This document shows positions 35,224 to 47,600 of a DNA stretch of 60,000 nucleotides, one piece after another (the first letter of the stretch is position 1; every line of letters begins with the position of its first letter). Both the position numbers and the translations under genes were made by a program. Source of the DNA: Amphiscolops sp. MND2022. Lineage: Eukaryota. The DNA is taken from contig OZ076409.1 in the NCBI GenBank assembly GCA_964187785.1, positions 83,826,001-83,886,000 on the forward strand, read 5' to 3'. The notes below the pieces were generated by a model. That model saw only the letters and a list, made by a program, of their open reading frames with translations. It was not told the origin of the DNA and made no database searches.

Positions 35224-35840
35224 TGTTAATTTCTGTAATTTTTGCTTGTGACGAAGGCAAATAAAATATTGTTGGTCCTCGTCCTACAATGTTTGAACAA
35301 AAGCGTAGACATTCACTTGTCTTTGGATCCAAATCAATGAGTAAATGACCATGTGGTTCTGCAACAGCGTCTGTGTAGCACTCTTTTAGAAATACAGCTT
35401 TGTTTAATTGTCTTCCAAGATATTCAATTTGCTGTGTGTCACGAGGAGAATTAAAAAGAATAATGTGGGTTGTGTTGAGGTCAATTGTACGTGACCACTT
35501 ACTTTGATGATACAAATTATGTTTGACAAAAATACAGTTAATTCCTCTGTGTCGGCCAGAGACTGCAATTTTTGCAAAGTTTTTATCTTGGTAAGTTTCT
35601 TCGCAAGAGTCGTCAAATATCAGCAAACACTCCTGAAGCGTCTTTATCAAATCAAAATCTAGACAACTGATAAACTCGATGTTCATCCGTTTTTCCACTT
35701 CTTTGAAAATTTGTTGGAACTCGCGATAAAAGTAGTAGCTTGGATGTGAGCATAGAAAAAGTCAGTCGGGTTTTTCCAGATCCAGATGGTCCAACAACTG
35801 ACATGAAAACTCTTTCTGTAGTAAAAATGATTTTGTTCAT
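35141..35840 (-). pseudogene. A32/FtsK-like DNA packaging ATPase, frameshifted
   Basis: Walker A GPSGSGKT in one frame. YYFYREFQ, Walker B LLIFDD and GRHRGINCIFVKHNLY in another. Shift, with a probable small deletion, at ~35738. Confidence 0.9.
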
Positions 35841-36115
35841 AATTTTGGGCTAGGTAAAAGATATCCAACTGATCCAGCCAAAAGTGATGTCCAAAATGGC
35901 ATGTCTTCACATGATACTTCAAAAAAGATTAGTTTCACCAGACAAATTGTTATCACAAAGAAAGCTGAGAATACATGAACAAAAAATATAACTTGCGATC
36001 GTGGTATGTTTGTAGCAAAACAAAATTTCCAGGCTGGTCTCTCATTTTTATCTTTATCGAACACAATTTCTTGACATGATAATACATCTGGTAAATCAAC
36101 TGTTTCTGAACCCAT
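35837..36115 (-). CDS. Small two-TM membrane protein (92 aa)
   Basis: WKFC...IFFVHVFSAFFVITICLVKL...CE...WTSLLAGSVGYLLPSPK. Stop overlaps the ATPase ATG (ATGA). Confidence 0.7.
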   Translation of the reverse strand: MGSETVDLPDVLSCQEIVFDKDKNERPAWKFCFATNIPRSQVIFFVHVFSAFFVITICLVKLIFFEVSCEDMPFWTSLLAGSVGYLLPSPKL

Positions 36116-36450
36116 TTTTCAAAAAGTGTACTACGAAATTATTAAATTCAATTCCAGTTAATTGTACATTATTACACACACGTTGTATATCAGAAATGGT
36201 TCAAAATTGTTAAATAAAATGTTAGTACAAAAGATACAAAAAAATTGTACTGCGGAACATCATGCATTGTTTCCTTAGTACGTGCCGGACCTTGTGTGTC
36301 GTTTACACAAGTTTTTTGTTGGCTGTCAATGTTGAGGTAGGTTAAGGTGCAGAGACAAGATTTTTCTTGCCATTGAGGCACCGAAGGACTACACTACAGA
36401 GAGAGTTAGTTTCAAAACAAAAAAAGCATTATTTCAAATCACACAAAAAG

Positions 36451-36795
36451 TCAGTTCAAACTTTTGCTCCTTGGTAAGACGAAAATTCTTTGGGTTTCCA
36501 GCATTATAAATGAATTCCATTCTTTATCTTTTGTTTCCAAATCGATTTTGAATTTTGAGCCAGTTTTCCCAGATCCGTAATAGAACCAAATTCTGAGGAC
36601 ACTTTTGGATTTGACTACGTCCCTCACTTCTTGTGGTAGATTCGGGCAATTTTTGTCAATTTCGACAGGAGGAGGTGGCCTGGAAATGTGCATGTTTAAA
36701 GGAGGTAGTTTCTTTTTCATCCTGGACAGTTTTGAGTCTCGTGCACTAGAAGCTACTGACATATTCTTTCCAAAAGTCCTGCTTGCTTCCACCAC
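36451..36795 (-). CDS. Hypothetical Polinton protein
   Basis: 114-aa ORF directly downstream of the 189-aa ORF. No motif recognised and start uncertain. Confidence 0.4.
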   Translation of the reverse strand: MVEASRTFGKNMSVASSARDSKLSRMKKKLPPLNMHISRPPPPVEIDKNCPNLPQEVRDVVKSKSVLRIWFYYGSGKTGSKFKIDLETKDKEWNSFIMLETQRIFVLPRSKSLN

Positions 36796-36799
36796 ACCA

Positions 36800-37369
36800 C
36801 TATTGTTTGGAACAGCCTACACACAGACGCTCAAGTTTGGAGTCAACTTTTGATTGGTTTGCATTGCGCCTACTCTCTAACCACTGATAAGCAACAGCAG
36901 TTTTCAATTTGCTGCAATGCCAGAAATGTTGTTGTTGACTATTCCATGGGAGAAAGTTTGCGTGGTTCCCACAAGAAACCACAGCATTAACACATAAATG
37001 TTTAATTGGGGGACAACCAAGCCTTTGCAAAATGTAAACTTTTCTAAAATAGTTGGAGATAAATGCTCTCTTCACATGTCCGTCGACAAAAACAATTGCG
37101 TTGGGAAAACGAAGTCGTAAACTGGCCAAATAATTATGGATAGAAGTGTAAGGGTAAACGCCACTGTCCCAGTCAATACCGTGTATTCTTTTTGTTAAGA
37201 ATATTATCGAGTCGCGGTTAAAAGTTGAAATTGTGGAAAAGGCTTGAGGAGGTTTAAAAAGTAGGGTTTCTTGATAATTTTTACTGTGAACGCTCAGCTC
37301 TTTAACGATAAGACCGTTGTAGTCAAACCCTTCAAAGTCAATAACAAGAATTTCGTTCTCATTCAACAT
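36800..37369 (-). CDS. DEDD/DnaQ-fold (MAEL-like) nuclease candidate, 189 aa
   Basis: ILVIDFEGF (DxE), VKELSV, LLFKPP, LTKRIHGIDWDSG, C-terminal SCGNH...HCS. Confidence 0.6.
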   Translation of the reverse strand: MLNENEILVIDFEGFDYNGLIVKELSVHSKNYQETLLFKPPQAFSTISTFNRDSIIFLTKRIHGIDWDSGVYPYTSIHNYLASLRLRFPNAIVFVDGHVKRAFISNYFRKVYILQRLGCPPIKHLCVNAVVSCGNHANFLPWNSQQQHFWHCSKLKTAVAYQWLESRRNANQSKVDSKLERLCVGCSKQ

Positions 37370-37779
37370 TCCAATTCACGGAACCAGTGGGCTTGTGCTG
37401 AATATTTGAGTTTCAAAATGCTCCAGGGAGGGCGAACTGAGCATGACCAAAACTTTTGCAATCTGGTTCTTCTATCCAAGCAGTCACACACGTCACTAAA
37501 CGCCCCCATAAGCTCTTGCGAGTCGCGAACAATCACAAATAATCTGTACACTTTGCAATACTTGTAGAAAATTTCACATTTGATTTCTGGTTCTTCTTTC
37601 AGCAAATATTTCAAATGGCCCAAAGTAATGTTGTTGAAGTTGCAATTTTTTAGATATACCAAACAAAAACTTAGCACATACTTTTGATAAGTTTCGAATT
37701 TGTCCGAATTGTCTAATGAAAGTCTATGAAAAGTTTGCTGCACTTTTACAACGTCTATTTTTTGGGGGTCCATTTCCAA
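37363..37779 (-). CDS. Hypothetical Polinton protein (138 aa)
   Basis: First ORF inside the right TIR. Its stop overlaps the next ATG. Confidence 0.5.
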   Translation of the reverse strand: MEMDPQKIDVVKVQQTFHRLSLDNSDKFETYQKYVLSFCLVYLKNCNFNNITLGHLKYLLKEEPEIKCEIFYKYCKVYRLFVIVRDSQELMGAFSDVCDCLDRRTRLQKFWSCSVRPPWSILKLKYSAQAHWFRELEC

Positions 37780-38013
37780 TTTTGATTCTCGATTCTCAGC
37801 ATTCCTTCCTGCTGCTGATATTTGCTTTATAATGAATTTTTATCAAAACACGTTCGTAACATCAGACGAATAATGCATTCGAACAAAACTGTACATAAAT
37901 TTCACACCCTCTCGTACCCTATTAAACTTTGGTGTGAATTATACGACAAACTAGATTACTTTTTATTGGCTGATCGATCGCTTGGCACAACAATACTACA
38001 ACCCGACTTAGTT

Positions 38014-38369
38014 GTTGTACCAGTATTAGTCATACCAGCTTTACAATTCAATTACAACAAAATTTCAAGGTTAGTACTTTCCAAACTTTCAGGCATTCAA
38101 AGAATAAACAAGAGTGTCTACGCTTTTACATGTACTTTCGCAAAAATCCGATTCCAAAAACGAATACAAAAAGAATCCAAAAAATGAATACAAAAAGAAT
38201 CCGACCAATAATTTACTTTCGTAGTCAAAAGCCGAAGTATTTCCGAACACCAATTTGGAAGGACCCCTTCCTTTTAGGGATAGGTCCTAAAATTTCAGAG
38301 CAAGGACCCACCCCGTGAAAACCGAGGACCCCCCCCCCCGTTGAAAGGCCGGCGGAAATCTTAACCACT
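38014..38369 (-). repeat. Polinton right TIR (356 bp)
   Basis: Inverted copy of 17316-17676. Confidence 0.95.
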
Positions 38370-38699
38370 AGTGTTAATTTTTCGTTCGTTGAGAGCTTCG
38401 CCTGCATTCAAATGCGAATGCGAAACTTCGTCTACGCTTACTAGTTATTTTTTCTTTAGTCCGAGAAGAATTAAAGGCGGTGTAAACTTGTACAGTGATT
38501 ACATGTAATTGTGCGCTAAATAATGATTGAACAGGAGTTTATTGATTTTCCAGCTATGATTCTATTATTGAAAATGAAAGATAGAAGGGAGTGTGTTGAT
38601 ATTCCAGATATGACTTTATTATTGAAAATGAAAAAGGAGTGTAGCGAACATTCTACGTCTGATTGGAAAATTGTTTTGAATAGCCGGCTTTTTACCATT

Positions 38700-41600
38700 G
38701 TTAACTTCCATAGGGGATAAGTTCTCTCGGTTTGAAAAATTGTTGAGTATTTCCTGCATTTTAGCTTTTCAAATGTCTTTAACTCTCAAAATGGCTTACT
38801 TTAAGCGTACTTCCATAGGGAAAAAGTTCTGTCGGTTTGAAAAATTGTTGATTATGTCCAACATTTTAGTTTTCTATTTGTCTTTAACTCTCAAAATGGT
38901 TTACTTTAGTGTACTTCTATATGGAATAAGTTCTCTCGGTTTGAAAAATTGTTGATTATTTCCAGCATTTTAACTTTTCAAATGTCTAATTCTCAAAATG
39001 GCTTACTTCAGTATACTTCCATAGGGGATAAGTTCTGCCGGTTTGGAAAATTGTTGATTATGTCAAGCATTTTAGGTAATTATTTGTCTTTAACTCAAAA
39101 TGGCATACTTTAGTGTACTTCCATAGGGGATAAGTTCTCTCGGTTTGAAAAATTGTTGATGATTTGCCGCATTTTAACATTTCAAATGTCTTTAACTCTC
39201 AAAATGGCTTACTTCAGTGTACTTCCATAGAGGATAAGTTCTGTCGGTTTGAAAAATTGTTGCTTAGGTCCAGCATTTTAGTTTTTTATTTGTCTTTATC
39301 TCTCAAAATGGCTTACTTTAGTGTACTTCTATATGGAATAAGTTCTGTCGGTTTGAAAATTGTTGATTATTTCCTGCATTTTAGCTTTTCAAATGTCTTT
39401 AACTCTCTAATTGGCTTACTTCAGTATACTTCCATAGGAGATAAGTTCTGTCGGTTTGAAAAATTGTTGATTATGTCCAGAATTTTGGTTTTTTTTTGTT
39501 TTTCTTCAACTCTCAAAATGACTCACTTTAATGAACTTCCGTAGGTGATAAGTTCTGTCGTTTCTGAAAATTGTTGAATATTTCCAGCATTTTATTTTTT
39601 CAATTGTCTTTAACTCTCAAAATGGCTTACTTTAGTGTACTTCCATAGGGAAAGGGTTTCGTCGGTTTGAAAAATTGTTGATTATGTCCAGCATTTTGTT
39701 TTTTTTCTTTAACTCAAATTGACTCACTTTAGTGTAATTCCAAAGGTGATAAGTTCTGTAGTTTCTAACAATTGTTGAATATTTTTAGCATTTTAACTTT
39801 TCAATTGTCTTTAACTCTCAAAATGGCTTACTTTAGTGTACTTCCATAGAGGATAAGTTCTCTCGGTTTGAAAAATTGTTGATTATTTCCTGCATTTTAG
39901 CTTTTCAAATGTCTTTAACTCTCAAAGTGGCTTACTTCAGTATACTTGCATAGGTGATAAGTTTTGTCGGTTTGAAAAATTGTTGATTATGTCCAGCGTT
40001 TTGCTTTTCTATTTTTCTTTAACTCTCAAACTGACTCACTTTAGTGTACTTCCATAGGTGATAAGTTCTGTCGTTTCAAAAAATTGTTGAATATTTCTAG
40101 CATTTTAACTTTTCAATTGTCTCTAACTCTCAAAATGGCTTACTTTAGCGTACTTCCATAGGGGATAAATTCTCTCGGTTTGAAAAATTGTTGATTATTT
40201 CTAGCATTTTAACTTTTCAAAAGTCTTTAACTCTCAAAATGGCTTACTTTAGTGTACTTCCATAGGGGATAAGTTCTGTCGGTTTGAAAAAATGTTGATT
40301 ATGTCCAGCATTTTGGTTTTTTATTTTTCTTTAACTCAAAATGACTCACTTTAGTGTAATTCCAAAGGTGATAAGTTCTGTCGTTTCTAAAAATTGTTGA
40401 ATATTTCCAGCATTTTAACTTTTCAATTGTCTCTAACTCTTAAAATGGCTTACTTTAGCGTACTTCCATAGGGGATAAATTCTCTCGGTTTGAAAAATTG
40501 TTGATTATTTCTAGCATTTTAACTTTTCAAAAGTCTTTAACTCTCAAAATGGCTTACTTTAGTGTACTTCCATAGGGGATAAGTTCTGTCGGTTTGAAAA
40601 AATGTTGATTATGTCCAGCATTTTGGTTTTTTATTTTTCTTTAACTCAAAATGACCCACTTTAGTGTAATTCCAAAGGTGATAAGTTCTGTCGTTTCTAA
40701 AAATTGTTGAATATTTCCAGCATTTTAACTTTTCAATTGTCTCTAACTCTTAAAATGATTTACTTTAGTGTACTTCCATAGGGGATAAGTTCTGTTGGTT
40801 TGAAAAATTGTTGATTATGTCCAGTATTTTGGTTTTTTATTTTCTTTAACTCTCAAAATGACTCACTTTAGTGTAATTCCAAAGGTGATAAGTTCTGTCG
40901 TTTCTAAAAATTGTTGAATATTTCCAGCATTTTAACTTTTAATTGTCTTTAACTCTCAAAATGGCTTACTTTAGCGTACTTCCATAGGGTTTAAGTTCTG
41001 TCGGTTTGAAAAATTGTTGATTATGTCCAGCATTTTGGTTTTTTATTTTTAACTCAAAATGACTCACTTTAGTGTAATTCCAAAAAGTTCTGTCGTTTCT
41101 AAAACTTGTTGTATATTTCCAGCATTGTAACTTTTCAATTGTCTCTAACTCTTAAAATGGCTTACTTTAGTGTACTTCCGTAGGGGATTAGTTCTGTTGT
41201 TTTGAAAAATTGTTGATTATGTCCAGCATTTTGGTTTTTTATTTTTAACTCTCAAAATGACTCACTTTAGTGTAATTCCAAAGGTGATAAGTTCTGTCGT
41301 TTCTAAAATTTCTTGAATATTTCCAGCATTTTAACTTTTCAATTGTCTTTAACTCTCAAAATGGCTTACTTTAGTGTATTTCCATAGGGGATAAGTTCTC
41401 TCGGTTTGAAAAATTGTTGAATATGTCAAGCATTTTAGGTTTTTATTTGTCTTTAACTCAAAATGGCTTACTTTAGTGTACTTCTATAGGGGATAAGTTC
41501 TCTCGGTTTGAAAAATTGTTGATTATTTCCTGCATTTTAGCTTTTCAAATGTCTTTAACTCTCAAAATGGCTTACTTCAGTATACTTCCATAGGGGATAA

Positions 41601-44600
41601 GTTCTGTCGGTTTGAAAAATTGTTGATTATGTCCAGCATTTTGGTTTCTTATTTTTCTTTAACTCTCAAAATGACTCAATTTAGTGAACTTCCATGGGTG
41701 ATAAGTTCTGTCGTTTCTGAAAATTGTTGAATATTTCCAGCATTTTGACTTTTCAATTGTCTAACTCTCAAAATGGCTTACTTTAGTGTACTTCCATAGG
41801 GGATGGGTTCTGTCGGTTTGAAAAATTATTGATTATTTCCTGCATTTTAGCTTTTCAAATGTCTTCAACTCTCAAAGTGGCTTACTTCAGTATACTTCCA
41901 TAGGGGATATGTTCTGTCGGTTTGAAAAGTTGTTGATTATGTCCAGCATTTTGGTTTTTTATTTTTCTTTATCTCTCAAAATGACTCACTTTAGTGTACT
42001 TCCATAGTTGATAAGTTCTGTCGTTCCTAAAAATTGTTGAATATTTCCAGCATTTTAACTTTTCAAAAGTCTTTAACTCTCAAAATGGCTTACTTTAGTG
42101 TACTTCCATAGGGGATAAGTTCTGTCGTTTCTAAAAATTGTTGAATATTTCCAGCATTTTAACTTTTCAATTGTCTCTAACTCTTAAAATGGCTTACTTT
42201 AGTGTACTTCCATAGGGGATAAGTTCTGTTGGTTTGAAAAATTGTTCATTATGTCCAGCATTTTGGTTTTTTATTTTTCTTTAACTCTCAAAATGACTCA
42301 CTTTAGTGTAATTCCAATGGTGATAAGTTCTGTCGTTTCTAAAAATTGTTGAATATTTCCAGCATTTTAACTTTTCAATTGTCTTTAACTCTCAAAATGG
42401 CTGACTTTAGCGTACTTCCATAGGGGATAATTTCTCTCGGTTTGAAAAATTGTTGATTATTTCTAGCATTTTAACTTTTCAAAAGTCGTTAACTCTCAAA
42501 ATGGCTTACTTTCGTGTACTTCCATAGGGGATAAGTTCTGTCGGTTTGAAAAATTGTTGATTGTGTCCAGCATTTTGGTTTTTTAATTTTCTTTAACTCT
42601 CAAAATGACTCACTTTAGTGTAATTCCAAAGGTGATAAGTTCTGTCGTTTCTAAAAATTGTTGAATATTTCCAGCATTTCAACTTTTCAATTGTCTTTAA
42701 CTCTCAAAATGGCTTACTTTAGCGTACTTCCATAGGGGATAAATTCTCTCGGTTTGAAAAATTGTTGATTGTTTCTAGCATTTTAACTTTTCAAAAGTCT
42801 TTAACTCTCAAAATGGCTTACTTTAGTGTACTTCCATAGGGGATAAGTTCTGTCGGTTTGAAAAATTGTTGATTATGTCCAGCATTTTGGTTTTTTATTT
42901 TTCTTTAACTCAAAATGACTCACTTTAGTGTAATTCCAAAGGTGATAAGTTCTGTCGTTTCTAAAAATTGTTGAATATTTCCAGCATTTTAACTTTTCAA
43001 TTGTCTCTAACTCTTAAAATGGCTTACTTTAGTGTACTTCCATAGGGGATAAGTTCTGTTGGTTTGAAAAATTGTTCATTATGTCCAGCATTTTGGTTTT
43101 TTATTTTTCTTTAACTCTCAAAATGACTCACTTTAGTGTAATTCCAAAGGTGATAAGTTCTGTCGTTTCTAAAAATTGTTGAATATTTCCAGCATTTTAA
43201 CTTTTCAATTGTCTTTAACTCTCAAAATGGCTTACTTTAGCGTACTTCCATAGGGGATAATTTCTCTCGGTTTGAAAAATTGTTGATTATTTCTAGCATT
43301 TTAACTTTTCAAAAGTCGTTAACTCTCAAAATGGCTTACTTTAGTGTACTTCCATAGGGGATAAGTTCTGTCGGTTTGAAAAATTGTTGATTATGTCCAG
43401 CATTTTGGTTTTTTATTTTTCTTCAACTCAAAATGACTCACTTTAGTGTAATTCCAAAGGTGATAAGTTCTGTCGTTTCTAAAAATTGTTGAATATTTCC
43501 AGCATTTTAACTTTTCAATCGTCTCTAACTCTTAAAATGGCTTACTTTAGTGTACTTCCATAGGGGATAAGTTCTGTTGGTTTGAAAAATTGTTGATTAT
43601 GTCCAGCATTTTGGTTTTTTTATTTTTCTTTAACTCTCAAAATGACTCACTTTAGTGTAATTCCAAAGGTGATAAGTTCTGTCGTTTCTAAAAATTGTTG
43701 AATATTTCCAGCATTTTAACTTTTCAATTGTCTTTAACTCTCAAAATGGCCTACTTTAGCGTACTTCCATAGGGGATAATTTCTCTCGGTTTGAAAAATT
43801 GTTGATTATTTTTAGCATTTTAACTTTTCAAAAGTCTTCAACTCTGAAAATGGCTTACTTTAGTGTACTTCCATAGGGGATACGTTCTGTCGGTTTGAAA
43901 AATTGTTGATTATGTCCAGCATTTTAGTTTTTTATTTTTCAACTCAAAATGACTCACTTTAGTGTAATTCCAAAGGTGATAAGTTCTGTCGTTTCTAAAA
44001 ATTGTTGAATATTTCCAGCATTTTAACTTTTCAATTGTCTCTAACTCTTAAAATGGCTTACTTTAGTGTACTTCCATAGGGGATAAGTTCTGATGGTTTG
44101 AAAAATTGTTGATTATGTCCAGCATTTTGGTTTTTTATTTTTCTTTACCTCTCAAAATGACTCACTTTAGTGTGATTCCAAAGGTGATAAGTTCTGTCGT
44201 TTCTAAAAATTGTTGAATATTTCTAGCATTTTAACTTTTCAATTGTCTTTAACTCTCAGAATGGCTTACTTTAGCGTACTTCCATAGGGGATAATTTCTC
44301 TCGGTTTGAAAAATTGTTAATTATTTTCAGCATTTTAACTTTTCAAAAGTCTTCTACTCTGAAAATGGCTTACTTTAGTGTACTTCCATAGGGGATAAGT
44401 TCTGTCGGTTTGAAAAATTGTTGATTATGTCCAGCATTTTGGTTTTTTATTTTTCAACTCAAAATGACTCACTTTAGTGTAATTCCAAAGGTGATAAGTT
44501 CTGTCGTTTCTAAAAATTGTTGAATATTTCCTGCATTTTAAATTTTCAATTGTCTCTAACTCTTAAAATGGCTTACTTTAGTGTACTTCCATAGGGGATA

Positions 44601-47600
44601 AGTTCTGTTGGTTTGAAAAATTGTTGATTATGTCCAGCATTTTGGTTTTTTATTTTTCTTTACCTCTCAAAATGACTCACTTTAGTGTGATTCCAAAGGT
44701 GATAAGTTCTGTCGTTTCTAAAAATTGTTGAATATTTCTAGCATTTTAACTTTTCAATTGTCTTTAACTCTCAAAATGGCTTACTTTAGTGTACTTCCAC
44801 AGAGTATAAGTTCTCTCGGTTTGAAAAATTGTTGATTATTTCTAGCATTTCAACTTTTCAAAAGTCGCTAACTCTCAAAATGGCTTACTTTAGTGTACTT
44901 CCATTGGGGATAAGTTCTGTCGGTTTGAAAAATTGTTGATTATGTCCAGCATTTTGGTTTTTTATTTTTCTTCAACTCAAAATGACTCACTTTAGTGTAA
45001 TTCCAAAGGTGATAAGTTCTGTCGTTTCTAAAAATTGTTGAATATTTCCAGCATTTTAACTTTTCAATTGTCTCTAACTCTTAAAATGGCTTACTTTAGT
45101 GTACTTCCATAGTGGATAAGTTTTGTTGGTTTGAAAGATTGTTGATTATGTCCAGCATTTTGGTTCTTTATTTTTAACTCTCAAAATGACTCACTTTAGT
45201 CACTTTAGTGTAATTCCAAAGGTGATAAAGTTCTGTCGTTTCTAAAAATTGTTGAATATTTCCAGCATTTTAACTTTTCAATTGTCTTTAACTCTCAAAA
45301 TGGCTTACTTTAGTGTACTTCCATAGGGGATACGTTCTCTCGGTTTGAAAAATTGTTGAATATTTCCAGCATTTTAACTTTTCAATTGTCTTTAACTCTC
45401 AAAATGGCTTACTTTAGCGTACTTCCATAGGGGATAAATTCTCTCGGTTTGAAAAATTGTTGATTATTTCTAGCATTTTAACTTTTCAAAAGTCTTTAAC
45501 TCTTAAAATGGCTTACTTTAGTGTACTTCCATAGGGGATAAGATCTGTTGGTTTGAAAAATTGTTGATTATGTCCAGCATTTTGGTTTTTTATTTTTCTT
45601 TAACTCTCAAAATGACTCACTTTAGTGTAATTTGCAAAGGTGATAAGTTCTGTCGTTTCTAAAAATTGTTGAATATTTCCAGCATTTTAACTTTTCAATT
45701 GTCTTTAACTCTCAAAATGGCTTACTTTAGCGTACTTCCATAGGGGATAAATTCTCTCGGTTTGAAAAATTGTTGATTATTTCTAGCATTTTAACTTTTC
45801 AAAAGTCTTTAACTATTAAAATGGCTTACTTTAGTGTACTTCCATAGGGGATAAGATCTGTTGGTTTGAAAAATTGTTGATTATGTCCAGCATTTTGGTT
45901 TTTTATTTTTCTTTAACTCTCAAAATGACTCACGTTAGTGTAATTCCAAATGTGATAAGTTCTGTCGTTTCTAAAAATTGTTGAATATTTCCAGCATTTT
46001 AACTTTTCAATTGTCTCTAACTCTTAAAATGGCTTACTTTAGTGTACTTCCATAGGGGATAAGTTCTGTTGGTTTGAAAAATTGTTGATTATGTCCAGCA
46101 TTTTGGTTTTTTATTTTTCTTTAACTCTCAAAATGACTCACTTTAGTGTAATTCCAAAGGTGATAAATTCTGTCGTTTCTAAAAATTGTTGAATATTTCC
46201 AGCATTTCAACTTTTCAATTGTCTTTAACTCTCAAAATGGCTTACTTTAGCGTACTTCCATAGGGGATAATTTCTCTCGGTTTGAAAAATTGTTGATTAT
46301 TTTCAGCATTTTAACTTTTCAAAAGTCTTCAACTCTGAAAATGGCTTACTTTAGTGTACTTCCATAGGGGATAAGTTCTGTCGGTTTGAAAAATTGTTGA
46401 TTTTGTCCAGCATTTTGGTTTTTTTATTTTTCAACTCAGAATGACACACTTTACTGTAATTCCAAAGGTGATAAGTTCTGTCGTTTCTAAAAATTGTTGA
46501 ATATTTCCAGCATTTTAACTTTTCAATTGTCTCTAACTCTTAAAATGGCTTACTTTAGTGTACTTCCATAGGGGATAAGTTCTGTTGGTTTGAAAAATTG
46601 TTGATTATGTCCAGCATTTTGGTTTTTTATTTTTCTTTACCTCTCAAAATGACTCACTTTAGTGTGATTCCAAAGGTGATAAGTTCTGTCGTTTCTAAAA
46701 ATTGTTGAATATTTCTAGCATTTTAACTTTTCAATTGTCTTTAACTCTCAAAATGGCTTACTTTAGTGTACTTCCATAGAGGATAAGTTCTCTCGGTTTG
46801 AAAAATTGTTGATTATTTCTAGCATTTCAACTTTTCAAAAGTCGTTAACTCTCAAAATGGCTTACTTCAGTGTACTTCCATAGGGGATAAGTTCTGTCGG
46901 TTTGAAAAATTGTTGATTATGTCCAGCATTTTGGTTTTTTATTTTTCTTTAACTCTCAAAATGGCTTACTTTAGCGTACTTCCATAGGGGATAAATTCTC
47001 TCGGTTTGAAAAATTGTTGATTATTTCTAGCATTTTAACTTTTCAAAAGTCTTTAACTCTTGAAATGGCTTACTTTAGTGTACTTCCATAGGGGATAAGT
47101 TCTGTTGGTTTGAAAAATTGTTGATTATGTCCAGCATTTTGGTTTTTTATTTTTCTTTAACTCTCAAAATGACTCACTTTAGTGTAATTCCAAAGGTGAT
47201 AAGTTCTGTCGTTTCTAAAAATTGTTGAATATTTCCAGCATTTTAACTTTTCAATTGTCTTTAACTCTCAAAATGGCTTACTTTAGCGTACTTCCATAGG
47301 GGATAAATTCTCTCGGTTTGAAAAATTGTTGAATATTTCTAGCATTTTAACTTTTCAAAAGTCTTTAACTCTTAAAATAGCTTACTTTAGTGTACTTCCA
47401 TAGGGGATAAGATCTGTTGGTTTGAAAAATTGTTGATTATGTCCAGCATTTTGGTTTTTTATTTTTCTTTAACTCTCAAAATGACTCACGTTAGTGTAAT
47501 TCCAAAGGTGATAAGTTCTGTCGTTTCTAAAAATTGTTGAATATTTCCAGCATTTTAACTTTTCAATTGTCTCTAACTCTTAAAATGGCTTACTTTAGTG

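Larger units (their letters stand above)
17316..38369. mobile_element. Full-length Maverick/Polinton (endogenous adintovirus-like) element, 21054 bp
   Basis: Termini AGTAGT...ACCACT, ~360-bp TIRs, perfect 6-bp TSD AGTGTT (17310-17315, 38370-38375). Contains pPolB, INT, ATPase, PRO, MCP and mCP. Confidence 0.97.

Noticed and set aside
22830..40130. Shared AACTCTCAAA word between the 498-bp unit and the 104-bp satellite
   Set aside because: Only ~10 bp in AT-rich DNA, with no extended alignment visible.
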